NCBI GenBank assembly: GCA_022813865.1 | Contig: JALDZX010000008.1 | Span: forward strand, 372,001-436,000 | Direction: 5' to 3' | Length of the DNA stretch: 64,000 bases | Origin: Xylographa opegraphella | Taxonomy: Eukaryota | Part shown: piece after piece, positions 10,927 through 22,676 of the stretch | How positions within the stretch are numbered: the first letter of the stretch is position 1 | Layout: every line of letters starts with the position of its first letter | Made by a program: the position numbers and the translations under genes | The notes under the pieces: generated by a model | Databases searched by the model: none | What the model was told of the DNA's origin: nothing | What the model saw: the letters and a program-made list of their open reading frames with translations, nothing else

Positions 10927-13900
10927 ATGCATTTCCGTACTCTGTTCCGCGATATCTGCAGCTTCGTCTGCACGAAAGTCACCCGCTCCGAGATTGTCAA
11001 CGTCGCTGCTCAGACAATGAACGACACTGTCTGCAGTCCCACAGCGTCTGCCATCATTCTGCACGCCTCCACTACTTTACCAACCGTTGATGGGACCCCG
11101 TCCTTCGGATGGGTTTCCTTGATCCCGCTGTTCTGGTGCGTAGTCTTGTCTCTCATCTATCTCATGTCCTTCCCAAACCATCTCTCCACCACATTGGCCG
11201 CGGCTCTTGAGAAAAGTCGTGCAGAAGCACTTCGAAAGGAACTGTCAGCTGCAAGAGTTGCAAATGATAATTTAAGTTCGAAATACCAGCTGGCTCTGGA
11301 CGAACTGAACTCGAAATTGAAGCAGACGATAGAACTCCACGATTCGGAAAAACTGACTGTACTCCAAGCTGCTGCCGAAGAGCACGCGAAGAGCATCGAG
11401 ACATTGGTTCAAGAACACCGAATGAAAATTGCTGCAACGGAAGAATCGTGCAGTAAGGAGATTGCTAAGATGAGCAATATATATGAGGAAAAGTGCCTTG
11501 CATACAAATCCAAGTGTTTAGATGTACGGTCGGACCTGAGATTGAGATTGAATACGACAATTACGGATCACAAGAGAGCAACAGCAATCTTGGAACGAAC
11601 GATCAAAGAGCAAAGTATTCGTCTCAATAAAGCCGAGGACGAAATCGAGCTACTGGAGAAGAAGCAATGGCAAGAAGATTTGGTGGATGATAAGGACTGG
11701 GGCTCCTTAAAGCAAAAAGTTGCTCAGCTGGAAAATGAAGCTGGAGCAAGAGCGCGAGCGCTGAAAGCATTGGAAGGGCATGTCAAAACCCTGCAAGACC
11801 AGCTGAGCGATGCCATTGGCCTGTGCAATGCAACGAAGTCGGAAGCCGAAGAACAAATCAAGGCTGCTCGTGCATATGCTACCAGAGCAGTATTAAAGCG
11901 CGCACGGATGAGGAAGGCCGTTGCGAAGAGGTCTCGGAATACTGGATTGTTACCGAGAATCGAAGGGCAGGTCACAGCCCCTGAAGCCGGAAACATTGAA
12001 GGTCATTTTGAAAGGGAATCGGTCAATGCGCAGGTCACAGCGCAAACCGTTATGAATCCCAAGATAGCACGGTCACCCTGGGCTATTCAGCTGCAACGAG
12101 TAACGAAGACCGTTGAGACTGTGGAAGTCGAGTCGCTGATATGCAAAGAATCTGCAAAGAATGCTCACGACACTGCTGAAAAGGATCTCAAATCTGCCAA
12201 GGCATCTCTAGTATCGTCCCAATCCGAACTGGAAACACTGCGGGCAAAGTGGAACCAAGAGCAGACAGATCACTTGAGAACTAAATCCGAGCTTACTGAG
12301 GTACAGCAGAAGCTGGACTATCATAAGCAGCAGAACGAGCAATTAAAAGCCCAGCAAGAGTCTACGAACCAAAGTCTCCACGATGAGCAGGTAAAGCACT
12401 TGGAAACTCAATCCAAGCTTACTGAGGTGAAGCAGAAGCTGGATAACTGCAAGCAGCACGACGAAATATCGAAAGTCCAGCAAGAGTCTACGCGCCAGAG
12501 TCTCCAGGATGAGCAGATAAAGCACTTGGGAACTCAAGCCGAGCTTACTGAAGTGAAGCAGAAGCTGGATCGCTGCGAGCAGCACGGCGGACAATTGAAA
12601 GCCCAGCTAAAGGCCGCGCGCAAGGTCTTTCACCAGGAGCAGAGACGCGGTTCGCAAGTCCGAACGCAGCTTAGGAAATTGAGACGGACACTGCAGAAAT
12701 GCAGAGACCATGGCAAGACATTGGAGACCCAGCTAAACGACAATCGTAGTGCCATCGACGATGTAAATGCCAAGGTAGCTGAGTACGCTCTTAAGTCATC
12801 GCAATCAAACCATGCGCCTGAAGAAGCCATGGAACCGGAGTGCCAGCTCGAAGAGGCTCCAATGGAGTGGCAGAATGTCTTGGCTCCTGTTACCGTGAAC
12901 GCGGGCGCAGTTTCCGACCACATCGAACACTGCATGGAACTGATGGATGTGGTCGTACAAAATCTCGAGACAAGCGAATGGCAAAGCGAAGATGCCCCAA
13001 TGGAAGACGAGAGCTCAGGAAATGAAGTGCGACTTGTAGAAGAGTCAACAGCGGCAGACTCTGATACAGCCATGACAGCTGCACCAACAACTTCGGAGTC
13101 TACATTTCCCATAGCTCTAGCATTAGCACTACCAATCGGCTATCAAACACATTCTATACCTTACGAGACCGGTCTGCCATCACAACTTCCACTGCAAGCA
13201 CCACAAGATATTAATGGGCAGCTCAGTGAGGTATTTAGTAACTTTGACAGGAGTCTCTTGGATCCTGCGCTCTTCAAAGACGCACAAATGACCTTGCCCC
13301 AACCGGAAGCGGATACTCCCCCCTTTGCACAAGCCCTAGGATCTCTTGCCATGGTAAACTTTGAGTCGCGGCAAGAACAATCTGTAACAGCAAATTGCCC
13401 AGAGCCACCGACAGATCCAGCGCCGCTTCTCTTCAATCCACGCGTTACGTCGCTGAACGAGTTCAGCGTGACTCCGCGACCACAAGACGTTGCATCTTCA
13501 CAATCCTCACCTCCTTCAAGAACATCTGCCGCAATAGAGGACTCTCACGTCCAGACCACAGGACCTCTCACAAATCCTCTTCCACCTTCACCGGCTGGAA
13601 CATCATCAGTAGGCATGACACATGAGGCTCCGCCCGTGTACACCTCCATACCATCTACCTCTTTAGCAGCGGACCCGCCCCTGAGGTTAGTACAGCAAGG
13701 CAAAAGAAAAGAAGTCCTTCCTGCCACAGTGGAGGGCGAGGGTACCAGCGCAGTCTCCGCTAGGCCAGAAGGCTCAGAGGAGTGTTCAGATCGAGAGCAG
13801 AGACCAGAGGGGCAGTCTCAGACTGATGAAATCGATCCTAATCATGAAATTTTTAATGGAAATTATGATTCGAGCGACTTTGACGACGACGACGACGGAT

Positions 13901-14103
13901 CCACGATTAGCTCAATTGACCCAAGGGAATTGGCAGCATGGGAAGCACGTCAGGATAAACTCGAAGCCGCAGAACTCAAGAGAATCGACGACGAGCTCAA
14001 AGCGCGAACCAGAAGAGCAGGACCTGGCCCATCAGGTAGCAATACAGCGATTGCTGAGAGGAGACTCATCGCACCCAAGAGTAAGAAGAACAAATGTGAG
14101 TAG
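10927..14103 (+). CDS. Large orphan protein: N-terminal TM helix, long coiled coil, acidic/disordered C-terminus (~1058 aa, intronless)
   Basis: 3.2-kb open frame; first ATG at 10927; hydrophobic WVSLIPLFWCVVLSLIYLM; heptad-rich E/K/Q region. Confidence 0.75.
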   Translation: MHFRTLFRDICSFVCTKVTRSEIVNVAAQTMNDTVCSPTASAIILHASTTLPTVDGTPSFGWVSLIPLFWCVVLSLIYLMSFPNHLSTTLAAALEKSRAEALRKELSAARVANDNLSSKYQLALDELNSKLKQTIELHDSEKLTVLQAAAEEHAKSIETLVQEHRMKIAATEESCSKEIAKMSNIYEEKCLAYKSKCLDVRSDLRLRLNTTITDHKRATAILERTIKEQSIRLNKAEDEIELLEKKQWQEDLVDDKDWGSLKQKVAQLENEAGARARALKALEGHVKTLQDQLSDAIGLCNATKSEAEEQIKAARAYATRAVLKRARMRKAVAKRSRNTGLLPRIEGQVTAPEAGNIEGHFERESVNAQVTAQTVMNPKIARSPWAIQLQRVTKTVETVEVESLICKESAKNAHDTAEKDLKSAKASLVSSQSELETLRAKWNQEQTDHLRTKSELTEVQQKLDYHKQQNEQLKAQQESTNQSLHDEQVKHLETQSKLTEVKQKLDNCKQHDEISKVQQESTRQSLQDEQIKHLGTQAELTEVKQKLDRCEQHGGQLKAQLKAARKVFHQEQRRGSQVRTQLRKLRRTLQKCRDHGKTLETQLNDNRSAIDDVNAKVAEYALKSSQSNHAPEEAMEPECQLEEAPMEWQNVLAPVTVNAGAVSDHIEHCMELMDVVVQNLETSEWQSEDAPMEDESSGNEVRLVEESTAADSDTAMTAAPTTSESTFPIALALALPIGYQTHSIPYETGLPSQLPLQAPQDINGQLSEVFSNFDRSLLDPALFKDAQMTLPQPEADTPPFAQALGSLAMVNFESRQEQSVTANCPEPPTDPAPLLFNPRVTSLNEFSVTPRPQDVASSQSSPPSRTSAAIEDSHVQTTGPLTNPLPPSPAGTSSVGMTHEAPPVYTSIPSTSLAADPPLRLVQQGKRKEVLPATVEGEGTSAVSARPEGSEECSDREQRPEGQSQTDEIDPNHEIFNGNYDSSDFDDDDDGSTISSIDPRELAAWEARQDKLEAAELKRIDDELKARTRRAGPGPSGSNTAIAERRLIAPKSKKNKCE
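12259..12762 (+). repeat. 126-bp (42-aa) coding tandem repeat: 3 close copies and 1 diverged copy
   Basis: GAGCAG starts at 12259, 12385, 12511 and 12637. Peptide EQ.KHL.TQ.ELTEVKQKLD.C.Q. Confidence 0.9.
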
Positions 14104-14348
14104 GCTTCTACAGCGCGACTGGAGATTTGGCTGATCCGGAGTAGTGTCATTGCCTCATAAAAAGTGATTTAAGTGTTGGTAGTCGTCGTCGAAGAAGTGA
14201 AGATTAGATATATACCACATCGGCGAGCGGGGCAACGTGTGCCCGACATCCTGCACGTCTAATTCATGGTCGTGGCTTTTCCATTATATTATCTAAAGCG
14301 TGCGTGAGGTATCAATATTGCTGTGCGGTTTCTTGATCATTTGGAGAG

Positions 14349-15650
14349 ATGGTGTCTTATCGGAACATCATTGCAGCTATCTTTCTACTGTCCTTCATTG
14401 TATTCACTGCGCTCTTCGGAAGTCTTCCGTCTTTTCGGTTGGTCATAATCCTTGACCGTTTCGACCCACAACTAAGTGTGGTTTAGCAAAACTCCCGTCG
14501 GCTACCTCAACCGCCTCATCTGGATAAAAATCCCAGGCCTGTTGCTTTCTGTGGATCGGCTGATTTCGGGAGGGCGATGTGCAATATTTCTGAAAAAAAG
14601 TGGGCATTATCTCATGAATGAGAATCATCCGCTTGTTCTTGTATGAAAAGTTCATGCTTCGTCATCCAGACTCACTGGCTAACATCTGAGCAGATCTTCT
14701 ACATGGCAGTAGTGGTTATCGCGGAGATCCTGTTTGTACCTGCTGCATGGCCACGACTAAGCTTTAGTCACCGCTTAGCCGCTATAATAGCAATAACTAT
14801 TCCGTTCATAACGACTTTTCAATCTGTCAGCTCGACCTCTTCGGTGATCACCGAGGAGAACCTCGACTCACAGCTTCGTCTCTACCCATACGATCATGTA
14901 CTGTTTCATCCTGGGAAGATGTGCCGAACATGCCAGATAGTCAAACCAGCTCGAAGTAAGCACTGCCGAATATGTAAAGTTTGTGTTGCTAAGCAAGATC
15001 ATCACTGTATCTGGGTTATGAATTGCCTTGGTCGTGGCAACTACATGTACTTCATCGGTATGATTCTTAGCCTTGCAATCTTGCTTTCTTATGGAGTATA
15101 TCTCTGTTATTTGCTTCTTGACGATACACTTCAAGACGTTCTAGTCCGTCGCTCCGCAGCAATGGCGACAAGGAGCCACTGGACTGTAGGAAGAACTCAT
15201 AAGCAACGTTTCGACCTCTGGACTTGGGCCTTCACAGGGGATGTCCGCATTGGGTCTGTAGGACTGTTGGCGGTCTTCACGGCGCCATTAGCTTGGGGCT
15301 TGTTCTTGTATCATGTCTATTTGATATGGGCTGGTACGACCACGAACGAAAGTCTCAAGTGGGAAGAATGGAAAGAAGATGTTGCGGATGGCTTCGTTTA
15401 CAAGGACGGCCCAGGAATACCCTCCAAGAGAGCACTTATTGTTGTAGACACAGAGCACAAGGTTTCTCGCTGGCCGGTATCAAGCTCGCAACGTCTTGTC
15501 AACAAGGTTGGCCAGCAGCCCTGGCGCAGAGAGGATGATCTCGATATGCAACGCACCGGATGGATACGAGTGCTGAGCATGAAAGAGGTCGACAATATCT
15601 ATGATCTGGGATTCATGAACAATCTGAAAGATATTTTTCACACGGCTTGA
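14349..15650 (+). CDS. SWF1: DHHC palmitoyltransferase Swf1
   Basis: CRTC..VKPARSKHC..CKVCVAKQDHHCIWVMNC; TTNE; NIYDLGF. Introns ~14438-14486 and 14641-14693. Confidence 0.9.
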
Positions 15651-15918
15651 TGTGCTCGCCGTCAAGTGAAACAACGACGATCCTCGATTATATCAGCCAC
15701 TACAGTCATTGTTCAATTTGCCTCACTGCAAGCAGATCTCATATCCTTTCCGAGCCTTTCTCGACGGCAAACAATACAACCTTGATGTTCAAAATCTTCC
15801 TTGTCGACAGCAGATCGCTTGACTGCAAATACTCCCGACCTTGTTCAAATCTTAATGCTATTCACCGACTGAATCATCACAACAGGTGAAGTAGAAGCAC
15901 TGCCTTTGAAGCATGTGC

Positions 15919-17771
15919 CTACACCCATCCAACTCGTCTCGCCACAAAGCCTAGGCCTCCAAGCGCAGTCGTAATTCCAGTGAACACTATCAACAATCCA
16001 TATCCACTGCCATATCCAAGGCTTGTACGCCCATACCAGAGCCTGGAGCTCAAAAGCGCATCACTCAAAGGCCCAGCAGCTATAGAGCCAATACCTCTTC
16101 CTGCACCCAGAAAACCAAATATCAGACCCGAATCTGATCCCGGTTCTCGCTTCTGCACTTCTCTAATTATGCCTGTCCACGTGCAAGAGAATCCACCAGC
16201 AAAAAGACCATACAACAAGCTGAACACACACAGCACTGGAAATGATTCTGATAGGCCCCACAACAGGAAAACGCTTGTTGTAGCACCGAGCGAGGAAATC
16301 AGCGCTACAGTGGTCACATGCAGCTTATCGACCAAGCTACCGAGCAATACAGCCCCGAAAACAGAAGTGGTGTTGACCAGGGAAACACTCAATGCCGCAG
16401 GCACATTGGAGAGGCCGATTGTTCGGGCGTAAGTCGGAAGATAGATGTTGGGTATAAAGAAGCCAAGTCCTTGAAAGATATTGGCGATTTGGTTAATCCA
16501 GAATGTGGAGGTATACAGGAAGCGGAATGAGAACGGTCGGGCCTGAGTGGTGTGAGTGATGGGAATACGTGACTTCACGAAGAATAGTAGAGGCCCAGAC
16601 AGGAACACCAGCGTGATCGCCCAAGCTCGGAGCATGGTCGGCGAACCATACTTATAGAGACCCCAGCTAGATCTTATGTCAGTCGGGCTCGCAACACCAG
16701 AAAGCTTTTGACTAGAGAATTACTTCATCACGAAAGGCACAATCACGCCACCCATCCCTGTTCCGGCCTACATGGCAATCAGCATTACTTTTTCGCTTCG
16801 CCCTCATTTTAACTCACAAGCATTATACCCCATGCTAGACACCATAATCAGCAGATCATACTTCACGACAACCGGGGAACAACTCACCCATTCCCTTCCT
16901 CCTCACAAACCACTCATCCAAAAACGAAACCGCGGGACAATATAACAACGTCCCACCAATTGCATACAACACTCCTTGCGTCAAGATCAAGTGCGACACC
17001 TGAGTTGCAAACGACGAAGCGACCAACGAGACCGCAATGATAGCCAGTCCATATGGAGGACACCTGCGGCGAAAATTGGGCCAGTGCTGTAATCCAGCGA
17101 ACATGACCGGGCCAGAGAGATACATGATCCCTGCGGCAGTGGTGCCGATGACAGGGATGCCGGAAGGCGAGGCGGAGAAGGGGGCGTGGGTAGTGTAGTA
17201 CTCTTGGAAAATCCCGAAGGAGAATGGGAAGCCTAGGAAGTTAGTGATTAGAACGAGTTTGTTTTTTTTTGAGAGCCGCTTTTCATGGTTGGATTCATTG
17301 CGCAGGAGGGAAGGATATGCTTGGAGTCGGGACTTGTTGTACTTGTTTGACATGATACAGACAGCGGCATTTGAAGTACTTTGCGTTTCTTTAATTTAAG
17401 ATAGAACAGGCGTTTTGCATGATTCCCATTTGGGCATCAACTTCAGGGTTGGAAATCTCCAATCGAAGAAAAGTTTTCCCCGATGCAGCTCCAATGAAAA
17501 ATGTCCCATCTTGCATGATCGACTGAATTACCCACGACAAGGAAATCCACTCACCCCATACCAACCCCTCAATCACAAAGCATCCGGCGAGGAAGAGCCA
17601 TGCCTCCCGTCCCCCATCCGCCTGTGGCAGGGAAAACTCCTGCCCATGGTAATCAGCAACATTGTGGGACAGTTGCCGCTCTACGCTTCGCTCGCGCGCT
17701 TCTTCGTGACCCGAAGTTCTTGCAGGGATTAGGTCGTCTAGTACGATGGATTGAGAAGGTTCGGGAGACAT
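15919..17771 (-). CDS. MFS monocarboxylate transporter-like (MCH family), multi-exon
   Basis: DGGREAWLFLAG; GFPFSFGIFQEYY; FLDEWFVRRKG; multiple TM segments across spliced ORFs. Confidence 0.9.
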
Positions 17772-18098
17772 TGGACTGTTTTACGATCGAGGAAGGAGGG
17801 ATGGGGGAATGTGGTGGTTTGTTACCGATACAGACCTTATATAGGGTTGTGTACGGCAGTAGACTAAGGTACGGTACCTTAAGCAGAGTCACTAGTGGGC
17901 GTTCTTTAACGAGAGCTCCAGTGAGTCAGAGACAAGGGGCCCTCGTTGGTCGCACGGAAACAGGAAATCATTGAGAATCACATGGAGATGATAGTAAGTC
18001 ATGATTGCTCCGTATCATTTGCTATGGTACACCATAGAGAACGGATTCTATGTAGGTAGGTATCTTTTGCACGCCATGCGCCATAAAGCGAGTTGAAT

Positions 18099-20298
18099 CT
18101 AGAATTCATTATCGTCGCTGCCGGCAATAATAACATTGTTGACCTGGATCGTGTTAGAAAGTATAATGATGTGAGGAACTGGTGTGCTCTTATACCTTCA
18201 AGACCATCCGGCATAGTTGCGTTGCGAGCATCAGCTGTTGTCGCTTGCCAATTAATGGATCGATGACAAAGTGCTCCTTCATATCTAAATGCCACATCGG
18301 ATCAGTACAGGTAAGTTTAGAACAGCAGGTTCACAGGACGACTCACCATTGCTGCCTGTCTGCATACAATCGACTCCTAATCTCGTATTCCCCTCATTCA
18401 CTTGTCTAGATTTGATACTTGCCAGTGTTTCTATGGGGCTGAGTCCTGAATTTTCTGCAAGAGCCATAGGAACAGCATCGAGGGCATCAGCAAAAGCACG
18501 CATAGCATACTGCTCTAGGCCCGGGCTTTTATTGGCCGCTTTCCCGACAGCCAGCGAACAAGCTATCTCTGCAGCGCCACCGCCATAAACAACACGATTG
18601 TCTTTAACAAGGTTACGCACAACGCATAGAGCGTCGTGTAGTGAACGCTTAGCCTCGTCTATGATCTATAATGATAAAGTTAGTGGAAGTTGCTGTGAAC
18701 ACAAGCAGCAGGAGGACAGCATACCATCTTATTACTTCCACGGACGAAAACAGTGACAGCTCTGGTATTCGCGCATTCTTCGATGACAAGCATCTTCTCT
18801 CGAGTTGTGCCAAAACTCATCTCCCTAACCATTCCTGCCTTGCCTAGCTTGGCAGTACTCAGGTCTTCAAATCTGGGTACTATTCGTCCATTTGTGGCGA
18901 TGGCAATCAGTTCAATCTCCGGTCCACCGACCCATCTGACTGCAGGAAGATGATTCTGGAGTAGGAGATGGTTTGCTTCATCATCAAAGCCCCACTGACA
19001 AATGACCAGATTCGCTCCAGTGGCTTTAATTTGCTCTATCATTTCGGCGAACTTATTCTTTTCATAGTTCTGTAGCTTCTTGAATTCCTCTACGTTCGTG
19101 ATGTCCAACTTGTGCTTCGTCTTCGGCTTTGGTGGTTCAAAGGCACAAGTGAGGATTGCTAGCTTGGCGTCCTTGACGAAGTCCGGCATCTGAGGGTGTG
19201 AAAAGTCCTTATCCACTATCACCCCCTTGACAAGTAGAGTGTCTTCAAGCGATCCCCCAACTTTGCCGTCTACTTTGATGAGTTCGAAATCCACATCCTT
19301 CCGCTCGAGATCCGCAACGGAGAGAACGGCATCGACTGCAATCTGAGCAAATTGATCATGGGCCTTTGAGACGCTTTTCTTTAGTTAGCATGTTGATTAG
19401 TGGAAGCGGTGGCGTAGAGTCACATTTTGCTTCCCAAGCTTGTCCTCGCGACCTTAAACAGATTCTCTTTTTTGTCTTTTGTAAATTCAATCTTGTCACT
19501 GATCTTGTCTAATTCCGCAACCGCTACCTCACAAGCCTGGTCATATCCGTCTGCTATCCTTATAGGATGTATTCCCTTGTCTATTAAGTCCGCTGCTTGC
19601 TCTAATAATGCTCCGGCGAGCACCACCACTCCCGTGGTTCCGTCTCCTATTTCATCGTCCTGGGATCTTGAAAGCTCGACCAGTAATTTAGCCACATGGT
19701 TTGATATATCCATCTAAGGTGCCGTCAGTTCCGTTTGTTTGCCTGAACGGATAGGTGGCCCAACTTGTGAAAGAATTGTAGCGCCGTCGTTCGTTACGGT
19801 TATGTCTCCGTCCGGGGATATCAGGATCTTATCCAAGCCTCGGGGTCCCTAAGAAATATTCAATTCCGTTGAAACCAACGTGATTATACCTCGGCAATGC
19901 TTACCAGCGACGTCCGCACGATATTTGAAACTGTTCTCGCGGCCAGAATATGTGATTTAACGGCATCATTTCCGTGCTGTCTCTTCTTTTTCCCTTGGCT
20001 TCACACCTTTGTCAGCAATCGCTGCCTCTAAGTTGTACCTTTCTGGTCTTTCTCGGGTGCCGAACATACTCTCTGACTATTATGAACGGCCGGCCAGATT
20101 CATCTTTCATGACCTGTGCTGTGGAGCCCACAGAGTTAGGTACGGCAATTGATATTCATTCCGATGAAAGGCAGGTACCGTTTGACATATCGACTTCTAC
20201 ATTGATTTAGCATTAGTAATAATCTTAGCTTTCAATATATTTCAAAATACAAAAGCTGAAGAGCCAGGATCCCAGCTTCGTAACTTACGCATCGCCAT
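18099..20298 (-). CDS. CCT5: T-complex protein 1 subunit epsilon
   Basis: [49 protein letters not shown]; last exon [14 protein letters not shown]. Multiple introns. Confidence 0.97.
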
Positions 20299-20908
20299 AT
20301 TGAAAGGCTGCCTTGGAAGGCGGACGGCGGATTAAAGAATTCTTGCAGCACGAAGTGTTTTGTAGTAGGTCAGATTAGAGGATTCGAAATTCAATGCTTC
20401 CAAGCTATCTCGAGGCGATAAGTCATATGAATTCGAGTAAATTTCTCAAGAGGTGGTCCAAAGACCTGCTAGCTCGATATTTCCCACGCGACTTTTGGCA
20501 TATCCGCTAGCTTATTCGAGGATAGTTAGGAAGCTAGGGCGCGAACTTGACGAGCCCGCCTTCAATTCACGACCAAGATCGTCTCAAAGCTCAATACCTA
20601 AGCACCTTGGGCTTTGCACTTAGAACAGTTCATAGGCTGGTCTCGCACAGTATGCTCACCTTCACTTGACGAAGCTAGGAGCCCCAATCTTTTGGTACTG
20701 ATTTGTCCATTGATAATTTGGGAAAGGACGCCGAGTCCTATCAACTCCCTTGTCCAATCCACACACTCATCTCATAAAGAAACCTGATCGCGTCGCTTTT
20801 TGGCAATCGCGAAGTACGGGTTCATCTTTTCTCTATTCCTGCGCAACCTTGTCGCGTCAGTGCAGATCCTCTACTTGAAAGTTACAATCATCCAGGTCAT
20901 AAGTTACA

Positions 20909-22101
20909 ATGCCTCGTAAGTATCTCCAGCTTGCCGTCACCAATTGGGCCCAAAGTCCGCCACGAACGCTTTTGCTAATCTATATGGAAAGCTTTACCCT
21001 CTGAGTCAGAATCCGAATCCGGAGATGAAGAGATTATAGAACCACGAAAGGTTGAGACAAAGAAGAGCGCGAAGCTACCCGAATCCAAATCGGAAGGAAC
21101 AGAGGAGCCCGAAGAGTCAGAGGAGAAGGCGGAAACGGGAGATGCAGAGGAAGACGAGGACGATGACGAGGAGGAAGAAGTGTAAGTAATTTAAGCTCTC
21201 CACAGATGCCTCTGTGTTGACGTTTGCTAGCTACACTGTGGAGAAGATTGTAGCCCATGCCTACGATTTTCCTGATGTAAGCTACCGTCCGCTCGTATCA
21301 CAATTGCCATTGGAATTTTATCACAATGTCAAAGCTGAAACATAGCCCTCCTGAAGGAGCAAGTACGATACCAGGTAAAATGGTTAGGTTATGATAAGAA
21401 GTCCGACCTGACGTGGGAGACTGAAAAGAACCTTCAGTAAGTTATTATACGGCAGCCTTGCTACCCAGCCTTCCGAACTTTTCCTACCTTTACTAACAGT
21501 ACTCAGAGGCGCAATCGACGTCATGCAAGCATACTTCGACAGCATTGGTGGTCGCCCAGAGGCTACAAAGCCTGTATCAACAAAGAAGCGCAGTCGGCAG
21601 AGTATTGGTAAAACCGATACACCCGACAAACAAGCGAAGAAAGCCAAGACAGAAGAAGTGCCGAAGAAGAAGGATGGACGAGGCAGGAAGAAGAAGTCAT
21701 CCCCTACTACTTCCCCTGCTATTATGGATGTGGACTCCACGTTAAAGGACGGGTGGGAGCCCCCCAAACCGCTACCCGGTGCTTGGGAGGAAGGTGTCCT
21801 CTCTGTACAAACCATCGAGGGAAATGACGATGGCACCAAGTGGGCATACTTATCGTGGGCCGACGAAGGTCCCGGCGGCAAGAAGCGACAAACAAAGGCC
21901 TTGCTAAGCACATGCTACATAGCTTGTCCACAAATTGTAAGTGCTGAAACAATCAGATGTATTGGTCGCAATGCTAATCTACATTATAGATGCTCAAGTT
22001 CTTTGAGTCTCACCTGTAAGTTTCCAAAATAGCTCGCATTCCCAATGATTCTGACCAACATCTCCAGCGTTTTCACAGACAAGAAGGTCAACGGCAACTA
22101 G
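20909..22101 (+). CDS. HP1: Heterochromatin protein 1 / Swi6 homolog (chromo + chromoshadow domains)
   Basis: Acidic N-terminus; YTVEKIVAH…YQVKWLGYDKKSDLTWETEKNL; basic hinge; WEEGV..VQTIE…CPQIMLKFFESHLVF. Several introns. Confidence 0.88.
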
Positions 22102-22676
22102 ATTTGTCTGAGATTTTGCCAATCAAAATGGGTTTTCCCACCTTACTTCTCTGTCTAGCGTTATCCTCATAATTGAGTTCTGATCAGTTGCGAATGGTTA
22201 CCTCTTGAAATCGTGGCACTCGGAGCATTAGACCGTGCAAGCGGAACCATTAGCAGCATAATTCCGCTTGGTAGATGATCGACCCAACATGAGCAATAGG
22301 TCAGGTTATTCTCTACAGACTCCAGGATATAGGGGCTTTCGGTTCGAGCGCATGTATTTGTATAATCACAGACAATTTGATCTAGCCTGCTTATAGGGTT
22401 GTGAGTTTCGTAAACTAACATGCGAGGGGGAGCTAATGCAAATGGGTATCTTTTGATGAGCGCCAAGCTGAAAATAGTTGCCAACCCAGGACCAAGTATT
22501 TAGTAGGATCCCTTGCTGGTCTAATGATAGGAGATCGTTAGTACACGCACTGTTAGTAGCACCCGAAGGTAGATAGCAATATAGGGAGCCAAATCCTTAG
22601 GCGTTCAACTTCGTCACCATCCTTCCCAATACCACACCCTGGAAGCACTTACCACGACACCAAGAGCACACCTACC

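Noticed and set aside
631..14103. Intact Starship or other transposon
   Set aside because: No tyrosine recombinase, transposase or RT ORF and no terminal repeats or TSD were recognised.
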